A DNA stretch of 64,000 nucleotides from Fidelibacterota bacterium (lineage in GTDB: Bacteria > Fidelibacterota > SORT01). The stretch is taken from positions 859 to 64,858 of the forward strand of contig JACZTG010000001.1 in assembly GCA_022573815.1 (NCBI GenBank), read 5' to 3'. Each line of letters opens with the position of its first letter. The stretch's first letter is position 1. Positions 37,114-47,486 of this stretch are shown piece after piece. The notes beneath the pieces were generated by a model. It saw only the letters and a program-made list of their open reading frames with translations. It did not search any database and was not told where the DNA came from. Position numbers and translations under genes: made by a program.

Positions 37114-40100
37114 TTACCGGGCTATTGCCAATTTTTCAATTACCTCGACCCATTGGCCCGTGAAGGAAGATTTCACTCTTAATCTGTAGATATAAACGCC
37201 ATTTGCGAGCCGGTCGCCTACTTCGTCTCTGCCGTCCCACCTTATTTTTTGAAAGCCGATAGAAACAGAAGAGAAATCATTTATTTTTCGAATGAGCCTG
37301 CCTGCTACGGTATAAATATTAATCTCTATTTCTTCAACCGGCTGACTTAGAAAATAGGTAAAGTCCGTGGAGGTTGACATTGGATTCGGGTAATTATAAA
37401 CACGCTCGATAGAAAGCTCATCGCTTGTGGCGATATTGAAAACAACCGATTCCTCGGTAAAATTATTGTAACTATCCCAAGCTTTTACGGTGAGAGAGTG
37501 CTCTCCGGCGTCAAGAATCGGCAAGGGATAGCTGATGTTACCTTTTTGATAACTGTCAATATCATATTCAAAGAACTGTGTAATATTAAACTTATTATTG
37601 AAATCTTCATCAATTGTCAAAGTGATTTTGTGACCGACTTCTTCCGCCAAATTTATTCCATTCTCATCATTTAAAGATATTTCGAGCAAGGCGTCCTGTG
37701 GCACTATATCTCCGGGTCGAAAAAACAGACCCTGAAATCCGACAGATATTTCAGGTCCAAGGTTATCCGCGGTGGCAGCCGCAGTTCCATCGTATTCTAT
37801 ATTACCAATCGCTCCCGCTCCATCCAATCCGGAGGCTTCGTCCCACCAATATATTATGGTCTTACCGCTGTTACCGCCATAGCTGATGTCACGCGGAACG
37901 ATAAACGAGCTTTCATAGCTTCCGGCGGTAGCGCTTACAGGTCCGCTGAATATACGAGGACCCGGCAATTTATAACTGATTGAACCTGTAACGCCATTAT
38001 GTGTTTCTGATCGTGTCACTGATTTTTCGGAATCAAATACATTTACGGCGACAGAGACCGATCCGAGATTCAAAATGTTACCGTTTTTATCAAGAATTTT
38101 ACCGCGTATGCTTGCTTTGCCGAGAGCCTGCAAAACAGGAGGGTCTATGCTTTCTATGGTAGCGCGCCCCTGAGGTAATGCTACCCGCATAGTCGGATCT
38201 CCAAGATAATGATATTTTTGATCGTTACTGTCATCGGAGCGGGCAAGTTTTGTGGCTAAAAGCGCCGCACCTACACGCGGCGCATTACTTGAGAAAGGTT
38301 GTTCCGGAAGTAACATATTAAAGAATTTCGCAGTTATGGTAGCATTCGGTCCCGAATATACAAGTCGAGATGCCGCGAACATTCCAATAGCGCCATTCTG
38401 CTTTTGGACGAGGAGATCCTCAGCCATTGATTGGATATTCGGGTCATCATATCTTCCGAATTCACAAGTTCCCGCCACCCAAATGGGAAGTTTTTGTCCT
38501 GTGTTAATAATATTTAAGTCGCGTTCGCTTGTCAGAAGTCGCTCTTGCGCTAATACGGTGGGCCCTCCATGACCTATGTAAATGAGAAACGTCGTTCCCC
38601 TGTTTAATTGCTCCAAAAGAGCCGAAGTGGCATCCGGTTTTCTTACTCCGAATACTGCGGCATCAGTTTCAACTTTAAATTCGGTCATATATATTTTTCT
38701 GATATCACTACTCTGCGGAAGCGTTTTTATGATCTTATCTTCCGAATCTCTGATGTGATTTGTCTCCGGATTTTTCGATGGTCGAAACAGATCATCGGCA
38801 ACAATGGTGACGGTATTTTTCCAGTTTCCGAAAATTGGTTCGGACTCGTATAAAATCAGCTTTTCCACAAAGTTAGCGGCATCTTCCGGAGTTCTTGATA
38901 CTATCCTTCCGAGAGAAATATCAGCTTTTCTGTCTGTGCCTGATATAAATGCAAAATGGTCATCCGCTGCCCGAGAGTCTATGAAACTGATATGAGTTGT
39001 AGTTGTAGAAGTGTCATCAATAAGTTGATATGTAAGTATAAAATTTGTCGACTCACCTGTGATATTTCGATAATCGTAATCACCGTCGCCGAAGAGGAGA
39101 GCAAAGCTGGGTTTAGGAGCATTCCAGTTTTCATAAGCGTGCTTGAAAAAATATCTGAGAGCCATAGGGTCAATCTGTCCGGCGCTAAATTCATTTATTA
39201 TGTCGTCAATATCAATTACAATCGTTTTAAGCCGGTCATCCGGTTTGGCTTCAAAACTTCTATAATCAGCCAATTGGTCGGCGGATTCTCTGAAATCTTT
39301 GTGAGTAACGATAATGTAATCTGCCTGAATACCGCTGATTCTTGCCCTCGGAGTGCCAAGTCCGTCAACTTTGGTAATCTCCGATACGGATAAATATGCT
39401 GAAGACGCTGAAACGTAATATTCATTTCGCATACCCGGATTCACCTGTTCCTGCCAGATTATGCTTGAAGATGAAATGGTAGTAGGGGAAATTTTATAGG
39501 TCTCTCCGATATTGGAAATATTGAATATGTTCACATCGTTTGAAGAAAATCCTGATGCATTATATTTCATTAAACCGCTATCGGAGGAGGTGAAAAAATG
39601 AAGTATATCCGACTCAGCCTTCATTAATCTGGTATATCTAATCTCAAACCAATCTAAAAACCCCTTGGAAGGAGAATCAACACCCTCATATGCTAATATG
39701 AATCTATTCACTCCTGATTTCAGAGGGCTGTTAGACACCGTTTTTCGCCGAAAATTTACTCTATAGTTACTAACAATACTTGTAGAAAGTAATTGCGTGC
39801 CATCGAGGCTAAGTATAAACCTGCCTCCAAAAGATGCATCTTCTATACCGCTGCGGGTTCGCATAGAAAACTTACTATTTTGCGAACTGACCACATCATT
39901 TAACATTATTGGGTACTCCTGAAAATCGGAAATACCGGTAAGGCTTACTCCAAAAAAACCTGTTCCGGTTCGGAGAAAATTAATGAACTCATCTTCCTGA
40001 TGGTAGAATGCTTCGTATTGCGATATGTCCGAATCAGGAATACCGGCTGTTGAGGGAGTCGTTATCATCTCTTTTCCGGGCGAGGAGCCGGTAGGCGCAA

Positions 40101-41163
40101 CGTTTAGCCAATAAAATGATAAGTTTGAATACGGATTTTGAGAAAACCTAATCTGATTCTTCAGGCTATTGAATTCGAAACCGGAGGCGCCCTTACCGTA
40201 AAATATAACTTCATCGTTTGAATCAAAATTACCGTCTGAATTATTATCCTGTCTCCATGCCGGGATTTCAATTAGGTTATCAGTTACTACAGCTCCGATT
40301 TTTCCGTTCATTACTCTACCGCCGAAATAGGGTGAATAGATTTTTAGACGATTTAAATCGATGTTATTCAGATTTATACCAAATGAACTTAGGTCATCAG
40401 TCGTTAACTTATATATACCGTCATTTAATAGAGTCATTTTATACCAATCTCCCGGACCGAAAGAGACTGTTTTGTTAAATGGAGAATATCTTTTGTTCTC
40501 CACAAGCCAATCTTTCGACTGATTAAAATTGACGATAGCGGCGCTGTATATCTCTTCTTCGGCTGAGGAAATCCGTTGAATACTTTTTTTGGCTGAAGGT
40601 ATGTCACCGAAGGATATTTCGACTGAAATCTCATTAAAAAGATTTATTCCGTCAGATGAAGCGGAAACCTCGTACGGGTGGATAATAACCTGAAAAATCC
40701 GTTGCTGCCGGAAATAACCCACGTCTTTAATTGTGACCAAATTAATCTTCGGGATGCTATTAGAATTAATATTGCTTTTATCCATGAAAAAAACGGGGAC
40801 TCCGGTTGATCTGCTTATCGAATTAGGGTGACGAGCCGGAATACCTTTTAATGTTTTACCACCACTTTTACTTACACCTGTTATCCTTGGAACTGCTCCG
40901 TCTGGAACTCCAAAGGTATAAACCGCCGCAGGCAGGGCGATCTCGCCGGGGGAACCGGTAATTTCAGATTCTCCCTGGAACGAAATATCAAGCGTTCGGG
41001 AATTAAGTTTGTTTTCATTGAATACAGGCCTGAGAGTTATGCTCAGTCCCCTTTCAGAAGTTTTTATAGTTGAAGGTTTTCTGTTCAGATTTTCCGACTG
41101 GGTCGCAGGAGTGGAGCCGTCGGATGCAAACTGTAAAAGAGCAAGGATAATAAGCGCAGGCAT
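37114..41163 (-). CDS. porU: PorU-like C25 peptidase (T9SS sortase) with C-terminal sorting domain
   Basis: LFGDGDYD, VADD, YIGHGG (His), AGTCEFGRYD (Cys), LGDP, KAWDSYNN, NYPNP...WDGRDE.G..LANGVYIY. Confidence 0.85.
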   Translation of the reverse strand: MPALIILALLQFASDGSTPATQSENLNRKPSTIKTSERGLSITLRPVFNENKLNSRTLDISFQGESEITGSPGEIALPAAVYTFGVPDGAVPRITGVSKSGGKTLKGIPARHPNSISRSTGVPVFFMDKSNINSNSIPKINLVTIKDVGYFRQQRIFQVIIHPYEVSASSDGINLFNEISVEISFGDIPSAKKSIQRISSAEEEIYSAAIVNFNQSKDWLVENKRYSPFNKTVSFGPGDWYKMTLLNDGIYKLTTDDLSSFGINLNNIDLNRLKIYSPYFGGRVMNGKIGAVVTDNLIEIPAWRQDNNSDGNFDSNDEVIFYGKGASGFEFNSLKNQIRFSQNPYSNLSFYWLNVAPTGSSPGKEMITTPSTAGIPDSDISQYEAFYHQEDEFINFLRTGTGFFGVSLTGISDFQEYPIMLNDVVSSQNSKFSMRTRSGIEDASFGGRFILSLDGTQLLSTSIVSNYRVNFRRKTVSNSPLKSGVNRFILAYEGVDSPSKGFLDWFEIRYTRLMKAESDILHFFTSSDSGLMKYNASGFSSNDVNIFNISNIGETYKISPTTISSSSIIWQEQVNPGMRNEYYVSASSAYLSVSEITKVDGLGTPRARISGIQADYIIVTHKDFRESADQLADYRSFEAKPDDRLKTIVIDIDDIINEFSAGQIDPMALRYFFKHAYENWNAPKPSFALLFGDGDYDYRNITGESTNFILTYQLIDDTSTTTTHISFIDSRAADDHFAFISGTDRKADISLGRIVSRTPEDAANFVEKLILYESEPIFGNWKNTVTIVADDLFRPSKNPETNHIRDSEDKIIKTLPQSSDIRKIYMTEFKVETDAAVFGVRKPDATSALLEQLNRGTTFLIYIGHGGPTVLAQERLLTSERDLNIINTGQKLPIWVAGTCEFGRYDDPNIQSMAEDLLVQKQNGAIGMFAASRLVYSGPNATITAKFFNMLLPEQPFSSNAPRVGAALLATKLARSDDSNDQKYHYLGDPTMRVALPQGRATIESIDPPVLQALGKASIRGKILDKNGNILNLGSVSVAVNVFDSEKSVTRSETHNGVTGSISYKLPGPRIFSGPVSATAGSYESSFIVPRDISYGGNSGKTIIYWWDEASGLDGAGAIGNIEYDGTAAATADNLGPEISVGFQGLFFRPGDIVPQDALLEISLNDENGINLAEEVGHKITLTIDEDFNNKFNITQFFEYDIDSYQKGNISYPLPILDAGEHSLTVKAWDSYNNFTEESVVFNIATSDELSIERVYNYPNPMSTSTDFTYFLSQPVEEIEINIYTVAGRLIRKINDFSSVSIGFQKIRWDGRDEVGDRLANGVYIYRLRVKSSFTGQWVEVIEKLAIAR

Positions 41164-41334
41164 TTGGATTACTTATTTTCCGTGAAAAGATAAAAGTTGG
41201 TTTTCGATTCTACCCCGAAGCAATCGGATAAATTTGAAAAGCCGCGCAGAATATTATACATTCCCATAACTGATCCTTATTATAGATAAAATTCTGTAAC
41301 TATTTTCTTGGCTTTTCCTCAATATGTGTGAGCA

Positions 41335-41363
41335 AATATATTCAGAAAGTTCAACTCTGTCAA
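41335..41363 (-). promoter_or_regulatory. Putative sigma70 promoter of the porU-grx-maf operon
   Basis: TTGACA-17 nt-TATATT. Confidence 0.65.
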
Positions 41364-41527
41364 GCCTATTTAGTTCCAATAGATGAATATAAATAAAGCG
41401 ATAGTAAAATAATATTTAACTCCTTAATTTAATGTAAGACGGTTTACATTATCATAATTAGCGTAAAAAGAAGTGAAAGATAGAAAAACTGTTCGATTAA
41501 ATGAAAAATCAATAGGAAGAAGGAAAA

Positions 41528-42070
41528 GTGGAAAACCTAATAAAAGAATTATTAGAAATTATAGGTGAAGACCCTAACCGGGAAGGATTGCTGAAAACAC
41601 CTTCAAGAGTATCAAAATCGCTGAAATTTTTGACTAAAGGCTACAATGAAAGTGTAGAAGAAGTATTGAACGGTGCGATTTTCACAGAAAAATTTGATGA
41701 AATGATAATCGTAAAAGATATTGATTTGTACAGCCTATGTGAACATCATTTATTACCGTTTTTCGGAAAATGCCACGTTGCGTATATTCCGAATAAAAAG
41801 ATAATAGGCTTGAGTAAAATACCGAGAATTGTGGAAATATTCGCCCGACGATTGCAAGTTCAGGAACGCTTGACAACTCAAATAGCCGAAGCGGTTCAGT
41901 CAGCAATAAATCCACTTGGAGTGGCTGTAACCATTGAAGCTACTCACCTTTGTACAGTTATGAGAGGTGTAGAAAAACAAAACGCTGTAGCTGTGACCAA
42001 TTCCATGCTTGGCAATTTTAAAACGGACCCGAAAACGAGAATGGAATTCCTGTCGATGATCAGTTCCTGA
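41528..42070 (+). CDS. folE: GTP cyclohydrolase I
   Basis: [43 protein letters not shown]. Confidence 0.97.
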   Translation: MENLIKELLEIIGEDPNREGLLKTPSRVSKSLKFLTKGYNESVEEVLNGAIFTEKFDEMIIVKDIDLYSLCEHHLLPFFGKCHVAYIPNKKIIGLSKIPRIVEIFARRLQVQERLTTQIAEAVQSAINPLGVAVTIEATHLCTVMRGVEKQNAVAVTNSMLGNFKTDPKTRMEFLSMISS

Positions 42071-42092
42071 ATTAATTCGGAAGAAGAAAAAG

Positions 42093-42755
42093 ATGCAAAA
42101 GTCTTTCAAAAATCCATTTTTTGATTTTGATAAAGAGGCGGAGCTCAGGATATTGTACAGCGGGGGAATTGAAAGTTCAGTAATGGTCGGAAAAGCTGTT
42201 GAAGAGGGACTGAATCCAACACCGGTTTATGTTTCTATCGGCACGCGATGGGAAGATGCTGAAATCAAAGCGGCAAAAAACTATCTGGAAGCTCTTGAAA
42301 CAGGGTTTTCAGAAAATATGGTGATAATAAAAACCCGTACGAATCAAAATTATCCGGATTGGGTTTATGGCGGAGAGGGTTTCCCGATTTCTGATGCGGG
42401 TGTATCAAGTTTGGAGCTGCCCGATAGAAACGAAACCCTCATTCGGGAGGCGCTGAATTACAAAGATGGGCAAAATTCGCTGAATATTTTCATTGGAACT
42501 ACTGCGGACAATCCATTTGACGACGGTACGGCAGAATTTTTTCTGAATTTAGAGGCTCAGCTTTTCAATGAAAAGAAACGGAAAGTGAAGATAATTGCTC
42601 CGCTGCACCATTTAAATAAGAAAGAGGTTATAGAGTTGGGTAAACGATTTCCGTTAGAACTGACTCTTTCGTGCGTTGCGCCGATAGAAGGAAAACCGTG
42701 CAAGAAATGTATCAAATGCGCTATAAGAAATGAAGCGTTTCTGTTAGCAGGCTAA
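42093..42755 (+). CDS. QueC-like PP-loop ATPase (7-cyano-7-deazaguanine synthase family)
   Basis: LYSGGIES, LPDRN, NPFDD, TLSC......PCKKCIKC..R zinc motif. Confidence 0.75.
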   Translation: MQKSFKNPFFDFDKEAELRILYSGGIESSVMVGKAVEEGLNPTPVYVSIGTRWEDAEIKAAKNYLEALETGFSENMVIIKTRTNQNYPDWVYGGEGFPISDAGVSSLELPDRNETLIREALNYKDGQNSLNIFIGTTADNPFDDGTAEFFLNLEAQLFNEKKRKVKIIAPLHHLNKKEVIELGKRFPLELTLSCVAPIEGKPCKKCIKCAIRNEAFLLAG

Positions 42756-42777
42756 AATAATAAAGAAAGGATTAAAT

Positions 42778-43233
42778 ATGAATCTAACTGTTGGAGATAA
42801 TGCTCCCGAGTTCAATTTGAAAGACCAAAACGGAAATGATATTAGTTTAAGCGGTTTGAAAGGGAAGAGAGTAATTTTGTATTTCTATCCAAAAGATGAT
42901 ACGCCCGGATGTACTGTCGAAGCATGCAATTTCAGAGATGATTTCTCGCTTTATACGGACAACGATACAGTCATATTGGGTGTAAGCCCCGATGGTGAAC
43001 AATCACACCAAAAATTCATCAAGAAATTTGACCTTCCTTTTTCACTTTTATGCGATGAAGATCATTCCGTTGCCGAAAAATATGGCGCATGGGATGAAAA
43101 AAGTATGTATGGCAGAAAATATATGGGAATTATCAGGACTACCGTGCAAATCGATAAAGATGGAAAAGTCGAAAAAGTCTATGAAAAAGTCAAAGCGAAA
43201 GACCATAGCAAGGAAGTGCTTGAATCTTTTTAA
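42778..43233 (+). CDS. bcp: Peroxiredoxin Bcp
   Basis: YFYPKDDTPGCTVEACNFRD. Confidence 0.97.
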   Translation: MNLTVGDNAPEFNLKDQNGNDISLSGLKGKRVILYFYPKDDTPGCTVEACNFRDDFSLYTDNDTVILGVSPDGEQSHQKFIKKFDLPFSLLCDEDHSVAEKYGAWDEKSMYGRKYMGIIRTTVQIDKDGKVEKVYEKVKAKDHSKEVLESF

Positions 43234-43351
43234 ATATTAACGATTATGGATAGCCGGTATGAGGTCAAACGTATTGATTCAGAAGCAGAAAACACTTGCA
43301 AGGATAAACAAGATTATATAACTTTCTTGGCTTGAAACTACTTAGGAAAAT

Positions 43352-44689
43352 ATGTTTGAACAGTTAACTAATAGATTCACGGAAATTGTGAAAAATCTTC
43401 GGGGATTAGGAAAGATTACCGAGAAAAACGTAGAAGATACTCTGCGTTCGGTGAGGCGTACCCTCTTGGAGGCTGATGTAAATTACAAGGTGGTCAAGAA
43501 TTTCATTGAATCTGTAAAAGAGAAAGCGTTAGGCGAGAAAGTTGTAAAATCTATCACACCGGGGCAGCAACTTGTCAAAATCATTCATGACGAGCTGGTC
43601 GGTCTTATGGGCGGGAGTTCTGTCGGGGAGCCGGAATTGTCCCTTAGAAATCCAAGTGTGGTAATGATAGTTGGTTTGCAGGGTTCAGGAAAGACAACAT
43701 TTTGTGCAAAATATGCCAAACGACTGAAAAAATCCGGGAAAACGCCTTTATTGGTCGCTGCCGATGTTCAGCGCCCTGCCGCTATTGAACAGTTGAAACA
43801 ATTAGCGTCACAGGTCGGTGTTGAAGTTCATTCCCAAAAAGACGATTCACCGATTAAACTTTCGATGGATGCCGTAAATTATGCTAAGGAAAACGGCCAG
43901 GATGTGGTTATCATAGATACCGCGGGAAGACTTCAGATAGATAATCAAATGATGGATGAGCTAAAGCAGATAAAAGAGAGAGTGAATCCTGAACTTATTC
44001 TTTTTGTCGCCGATGGAATGAGCGGGCAAGACGCTGTTAACGCAGCCAGCGAATTTGCCGATCAGGTCGATTACAACGGAGTCGTTCTTACAAAGATGGA
44101 CGGAGATGCTCGCGGAGGCGCTGCGCTATCAATTCTTGCAGCTACAGGAAAACCAATATACTATGCAGGTATTGGTGAATCGCTTGATGCGCTTGAACTG
44201 TTTCATCCTGATAGGATGACGGGACGAATCCTCGGAATGGGGGATGTCGTAACACTTGTAGAGAAAGCACAGAGTGTAATCGATGAAGAAAGCGCTAAGA
44301 AAATAGAGGAAAAATTATTAAAGCAGACATTCACTTTGGAAGACTTTCTTGAACAACTGGGCAGCATAAAGAAAATGGGGCCTTTGGAAGATATTATCGG
44401 TATGATCCCCGGAATGGGAAGCAAACTGAAAGGAATCAATTTGAATGACAATGCCCTGACGAAAACCGAGGCTATAATACAATCTATGACCCCTGAAGAA
44501 CGCAATAATCCGGGCATATTAGACGGTAGCCGTCGAAAAAGAATTTCAACAGGCAGTGGCACGTCGGTAAACGAAGTAAATAAGGTACTTAACCAGTTCA
44601 GTCAAATGAAAAAAATGATGAAGATGTTCGGATCAGGTAAGATGCGGAAAGGAATAAGCATCCCCGGACCTACAATGTTTACAGGGTAA
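43352..44689 (+). CDS. ffh: Signal recognition particle protein
   Basis: GLQGSGKTT, DTAGR, TKMDGDARGG, M-domain IIQSMTPEER...SRRKRI. Confidence 0.98.
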   Translation: MFEQLTNRFTEIVKNLRGLGKITEKNVEDTLRSVRRTLLEADVNYKVVKNFIESVKEKALGEKVVKSITPGQQLVKIIHDELVGLMGGSSVGEPELSLRNPSVVMIVGLQGSGKTTFCAKYAKRLKKSGKTPLLVAADVQRPAAIEQLKQLASQVGVEVHSQKDDSPIKLSMDAVNYAKENGQDVVIIDTAGRLQIDNQMMDELKQIKERVNPELILFVADGMSGQDAVNAASEFADQVDYNGVVLTKMDGDARGGAALSILAATGKPIYYAGIGESLDALELFHPDRMTGRILGMGDVVTLVEKAQSVIDEESAKKIEEKLLKQTFTLEDFLEQLGSIKKMGPLEDIIGMIPGMGSKLKGINLNDNALTKTEAIIQSMTPEERNNPGILDGSRRKRISTGSGTSVNEVNKVLNQFSQMKKMMKMFGSGKMRKGISIPGPTMFTG

Positions 44690-44712
44690 ACCCCTAAAAA
44701 GGAGGATATAAC

Positions 44713-45759
44713 TTGGCAGTAAGGTTGCGATTAAGAAGAACGGGAAAAAAGAAGCAGGTTCACTATCGTTTAGTGGCTGCGGATGCCAGATTTCCACGCG
44801 ATGGAAGATTTTTAGAAACTGTGGGACATTTCAATCCACGAATGAATCCACCTACAGCTGTGGTAAATGAAGAGAGAGTATTTTATTGGCTGGACAAAGG
44901 CGCGGAAATGTCAGAAGCATTCCGTGGTGTGCTGAAAAATAAGGGACTCCTTCTAAAATATGAATTGATAAAAAAGGATACTCCTGAAGCAAAAATAGAT
45001 GAAGAAATGCAAAAGTGGGCAATGTCCTATGAATTACGTCAGAAGAAGAAATCTGAAAAATTAACGAAAACCAAGAAGAAAAAAGCGAAAATGGAAGCGG
45101 AAGCCGCCGAGTCAGTAGATGAGAAAACTGCTGTAGCGGAAGAAACCGCAGAAGAAGTAAAAGCAGAAGAAACAGCTACCGAAGATGCTCCTGCTGAGAC
45201 AGAAGAAAAGGCTGAGACTGAAAAGTCTGCGGCGGAAGAACCCGCGGAAGAAGTAAAGGCAGAAGAAACAGCTGCCGAAGAAGCTCCTGCTGAGGCTGAG
45301 AAGCCTGCGGCTGAAGAGCCTGCGGCAGAAGAACCTGCAGCTGAAGAGAAGGCTGAAGAGCCTGCTACGGAAGAACCCGCTAAAGAGGTAAAAGCAGAAG
45401 AAACAGCTGCCGAAGAAGTTCCGGCTGAGACAGAAGAAAAGGCTGAGACTGAAAAGTCTGAGGCGGAAGAACCCGCGGAAGAAGTAAAGGCAGAAGAAAC
45501 AGCTGCCGAAGATGCTCCTGCTGAGACAGAAGAAAAGCCTGCGGCGGAAGAACCCGCTGAAGAAGTAAAAGCAGAAGAAACACCTGCCGAAGAAGCTCCC
45601 GTCGAAAAGAAAAAGGCGAAAAAGAAACCCGCTAAGAAAAATGCAGACGACAAACCAAAAAAGATAGCTGCCGAAAAAGAGAGCGCAGCAGATAAAAAAC
45701 CGGAAAAGAAGAAAAAAGCGCCGGCAAAACCAAAGAAAAGCGATGATAGTAAGGAATAA
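44713..45759 (+). CDS. rpsP: 30S ribosomal protein S16 with long repetitive C-terminal extension
   Basis: MAVRLRLRR.G.K...YRLVAADAR.PRDGRFLE; ffh-rpsP-rimM-trmD-rplS synteny; SD GGAGG. Confidence 0.93.
   Translation: MAVRLRLRRTGKKKQVHYRLVAADARFPRDGRFLETVGHFNPRMNPPTAVVNEERVFYWLDKGAEMSEAFRGVLKNKGLLLKYELIKKDTPEAKIDEEMQKWAMSYELRQKKKSEKLTKTKKKKAKMEAEAAESVDEKTAVAEETAEEVKAEETATEDAPAETEEKAETEKSAAEEPAEEVKAEETAAEEAPAEAEKPAAEEPAAEEPAAEEKAEEPATEEPAKEVKAEETAAEEVPAETEEKAETEKSEAEEPAEEVKAEETAAEDAPAETEEKPAAEEPAEEVKAEETPAEEAPVEKKKAKKKPAKKNADDKPKKIAAEKESAADKKPEKKKKAPAKPKKSDDSKE
45130..45600 (+). repeat. Imperfect coding tandem repeats (EEPAEEVKAEETAAEEAPAETEEKAETEKS)
   Basis: gaagaagtaaa(a/g)gcagaagaaacagctgccgaag... 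recurs about five times. Confidence 0.85.
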
Positions 45760-45767
45760 AGGTCTAA

Positions 45768-46316
45768 ATGAGTAAGATAAAAAGCGATAAAGATAAATTT
45801 CATAAGGAAGATGATTTTAATTATGTAGGATCCATTGGAGGAGCAAGAGGTCTCAAGGGAGAGATTTTGGTAAATCTCTTCACAGCACATCCGGCGCATC
45901 TTGCCGGGCTGGAAAGTCTATACTTGAGGTTTGATGGATTACCAAAAATTCTTTACACTATTCAGAGGGCTAAATGGGACGGCTCAAAATTTATTCTCAA
46001 ATTGCACGATGTTGATGATCGGAATAAAGCAGAGTCACTTAAGGGAGCAAAAATATTTATACCTGAAAGTGCCGCTTATCAAACAGAAGAAAATGAATAT
46101 TTCATTGATGACCTTATAGGAATGAATGTGGTGGACACTACAGGAACCAAACTCGGTACGATACGGGATGTCCTGAATTATCCCGCTCATGATGTTTACG
46201 TTATTTCAGACGATAAAAAGGAGATTCTTGTTCCTGCCGTTCAGGAATATGTACGTGAAGTGAATCTAACTACCGGTACCGTTATGATATCAATTATAGA
46301 CGGGCTGTCTGATTAA
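45768..46316 (+). CDS. rimM: Ribosome maturation factor RimM
   Basis: G.IGGARGLKGE, EYFIDDLIG, AHDVYV, LVPAV; synteny. Confidence 0.93.
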   Translation: MSKIKSDKDKFHKEDDFNYVGSIGGARGLKGEILVNLFTAHPAHLAGLESLYLRFDGLPKILYTIQRAKWDGSKFILKLHDVDDRNKAESLKGAKIFIPESAAYQTEENEYFIDDLIGMNVVDTTGTKLGTIRDVLNYPAHDVYVISDDKKEILVPAVQEYVREVNLTTGTVMISIIDGLSD

Positions 46317-46317
46317 G

Positions 46318-47007
46318 ATGCGAATTACTTTTATTACTCCGTTTCCTGAAATATTGAAAGGCGCTCTCTCGGCGAGTATACTCGGCCGGGCGGAAACGAA
46401 TGATATAGTTAAATACAATATCATAAATCTTCGTGAATTCGGGGATGGACCTCATAAAAAAGTAGATGACTATCCTTTTAGCGGCGGCCCCGGAATGGTA
46501 CTGACACCCGGACCGATTTTCAAGGCGTTTGAGGATTCGTTTGGCGAAAATCCAGAGGGGTTAAGAGTAATACTTCCCTCACCTTCAGGCAGACAGTTTA
46601 CTCAGCAGATGGCTAAAGAATTAACAGAAGAGAGTGAGATAGTGTTTATCTGCGGTCATTACAAAGGAGTGGACGAGAGAGTAATCGATTCTCTTGTCAC
46701 AGATGAAATATCAATAGGCGACTATGTATTGTCAGGCGGGGAGATACCTTCTCTGGCTATCAGCGATTCGATTGTGCGGTTACTCGACGGTGCGCTTAAT
46801 GACCCTGAATCAGCGGAAACCGACTCATTCACGCATCCTCTTTTAGATCAGCCTCACTACACTCGCCCATCAAATTTTAGGGGGATGGAAGTACCCGAAG
46901 TTTTACTTTCCGGCGATCATGAAAAAATCCGTTCATGGAAAGCGGAACAAAGACTTAAAAGAACTGAAGAGCGGAGGAGTGATCTTCTGCAGGACAAATT
47001 AAACTAA
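46318..47007 (+). CDS. trmD: tRNA (guanine-N1)-methyltransferase
   Basis: VDDYPFSGGPGM, CGHYKGVDER, SIGDYVLSGGE, PHYTRP. Confidence 0.97.
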   Translation: MRITFITPFPEILKGALSASILGRAETNDIVKYNIINLREFGDGPHKKVDDYPFSGGPGMVLTPGPIFKAFEDSFGENPEGLRVILPSPSGRQFTQQMAKELTEESEIVFICGHYKGVDERVIDSLVTDEISIGDYVLSGGEIPSLAISDSIVRLLDGALNDPESAETDSFTHPLLDQPHYTRPSNFRGMEVPEVLLSGDHEKIRSWKAEQRLKRTEERRSDLLQDKLN

Positions 47008-47035
47008 AAAGATTTACTAATTGGAGATTTTGGAA

Positions 47036-47383
47036 ATGAATAAAGTACAAGAGTTTGGAAAAGCTCAGTTGAAAGATAAAATTACCGACTTTAGGGCCGG
47101 TGATACTTTAGAGATTGCCGTTAGAATTCGTGAAGGCGGGAAGGAAAGAACTCAGATGTTTGAAGGCGTAGTAATGCAGATTCGCGGTGACGGACTGAAC
47201 AAAACCTTTACAATCAGGAAAGTATCCGGCGGAGTGGGTGTAGAACGAATTTTTCCGCTGCATTCTCCAAGCGTTACCGGAATAAAGAAAATTAAAAGCG
47301 GAAGAGTGCGAAGAGCGAATATTTCCTATTTCAGGAAGCTAAAAGGAAGAGCTGCTCGAATCACGGAAAGAAGGGACCGATAA
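47036..47383 (+). CDS. rplS: 50S ribosomal protein L19
   Basis: FRAGDT, EGGKER.Q.FEGVV, TIRKVSGGVGVERIFP, GRVRRA; ATG at 47036. Confidence 0.97.
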   Translation: MNKVQEFGKAQLKDKITDFRAGDTLEIAVRIREGGKERTQMFEGVVMQIRGDGLNKTFTIRKVSGGVGVERIFPLHSPSVTGIKKIKSGRVRRANISYFRKLKGRAARITERRDR

Positions 47384-47427
47384 TTCCTCATATATAAGAT
47401 TAACCAATCAAATATTTCAGTGAGTAT

Positions 47428-47466
47428 TCGCCGCCTCCGTAAAAAAATCGGGCGGCGATTTATTTT
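47428..47466 (+). terminator. Intrinsic terminator after rplS
   Basis: TCGCCGCC...GGCGGCGA stem followed by TTTATTTT. Confidence 0.65.
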
Positions 47467-47486
47467 AAAGGAATAAGAAAAGAGAG

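Noticed and set aside
45039-45899. 286-aa Ser/Ala-rich minus-strand ORF
   Set aside because: Antisense shadow of the low-complexity rpsP repeats.
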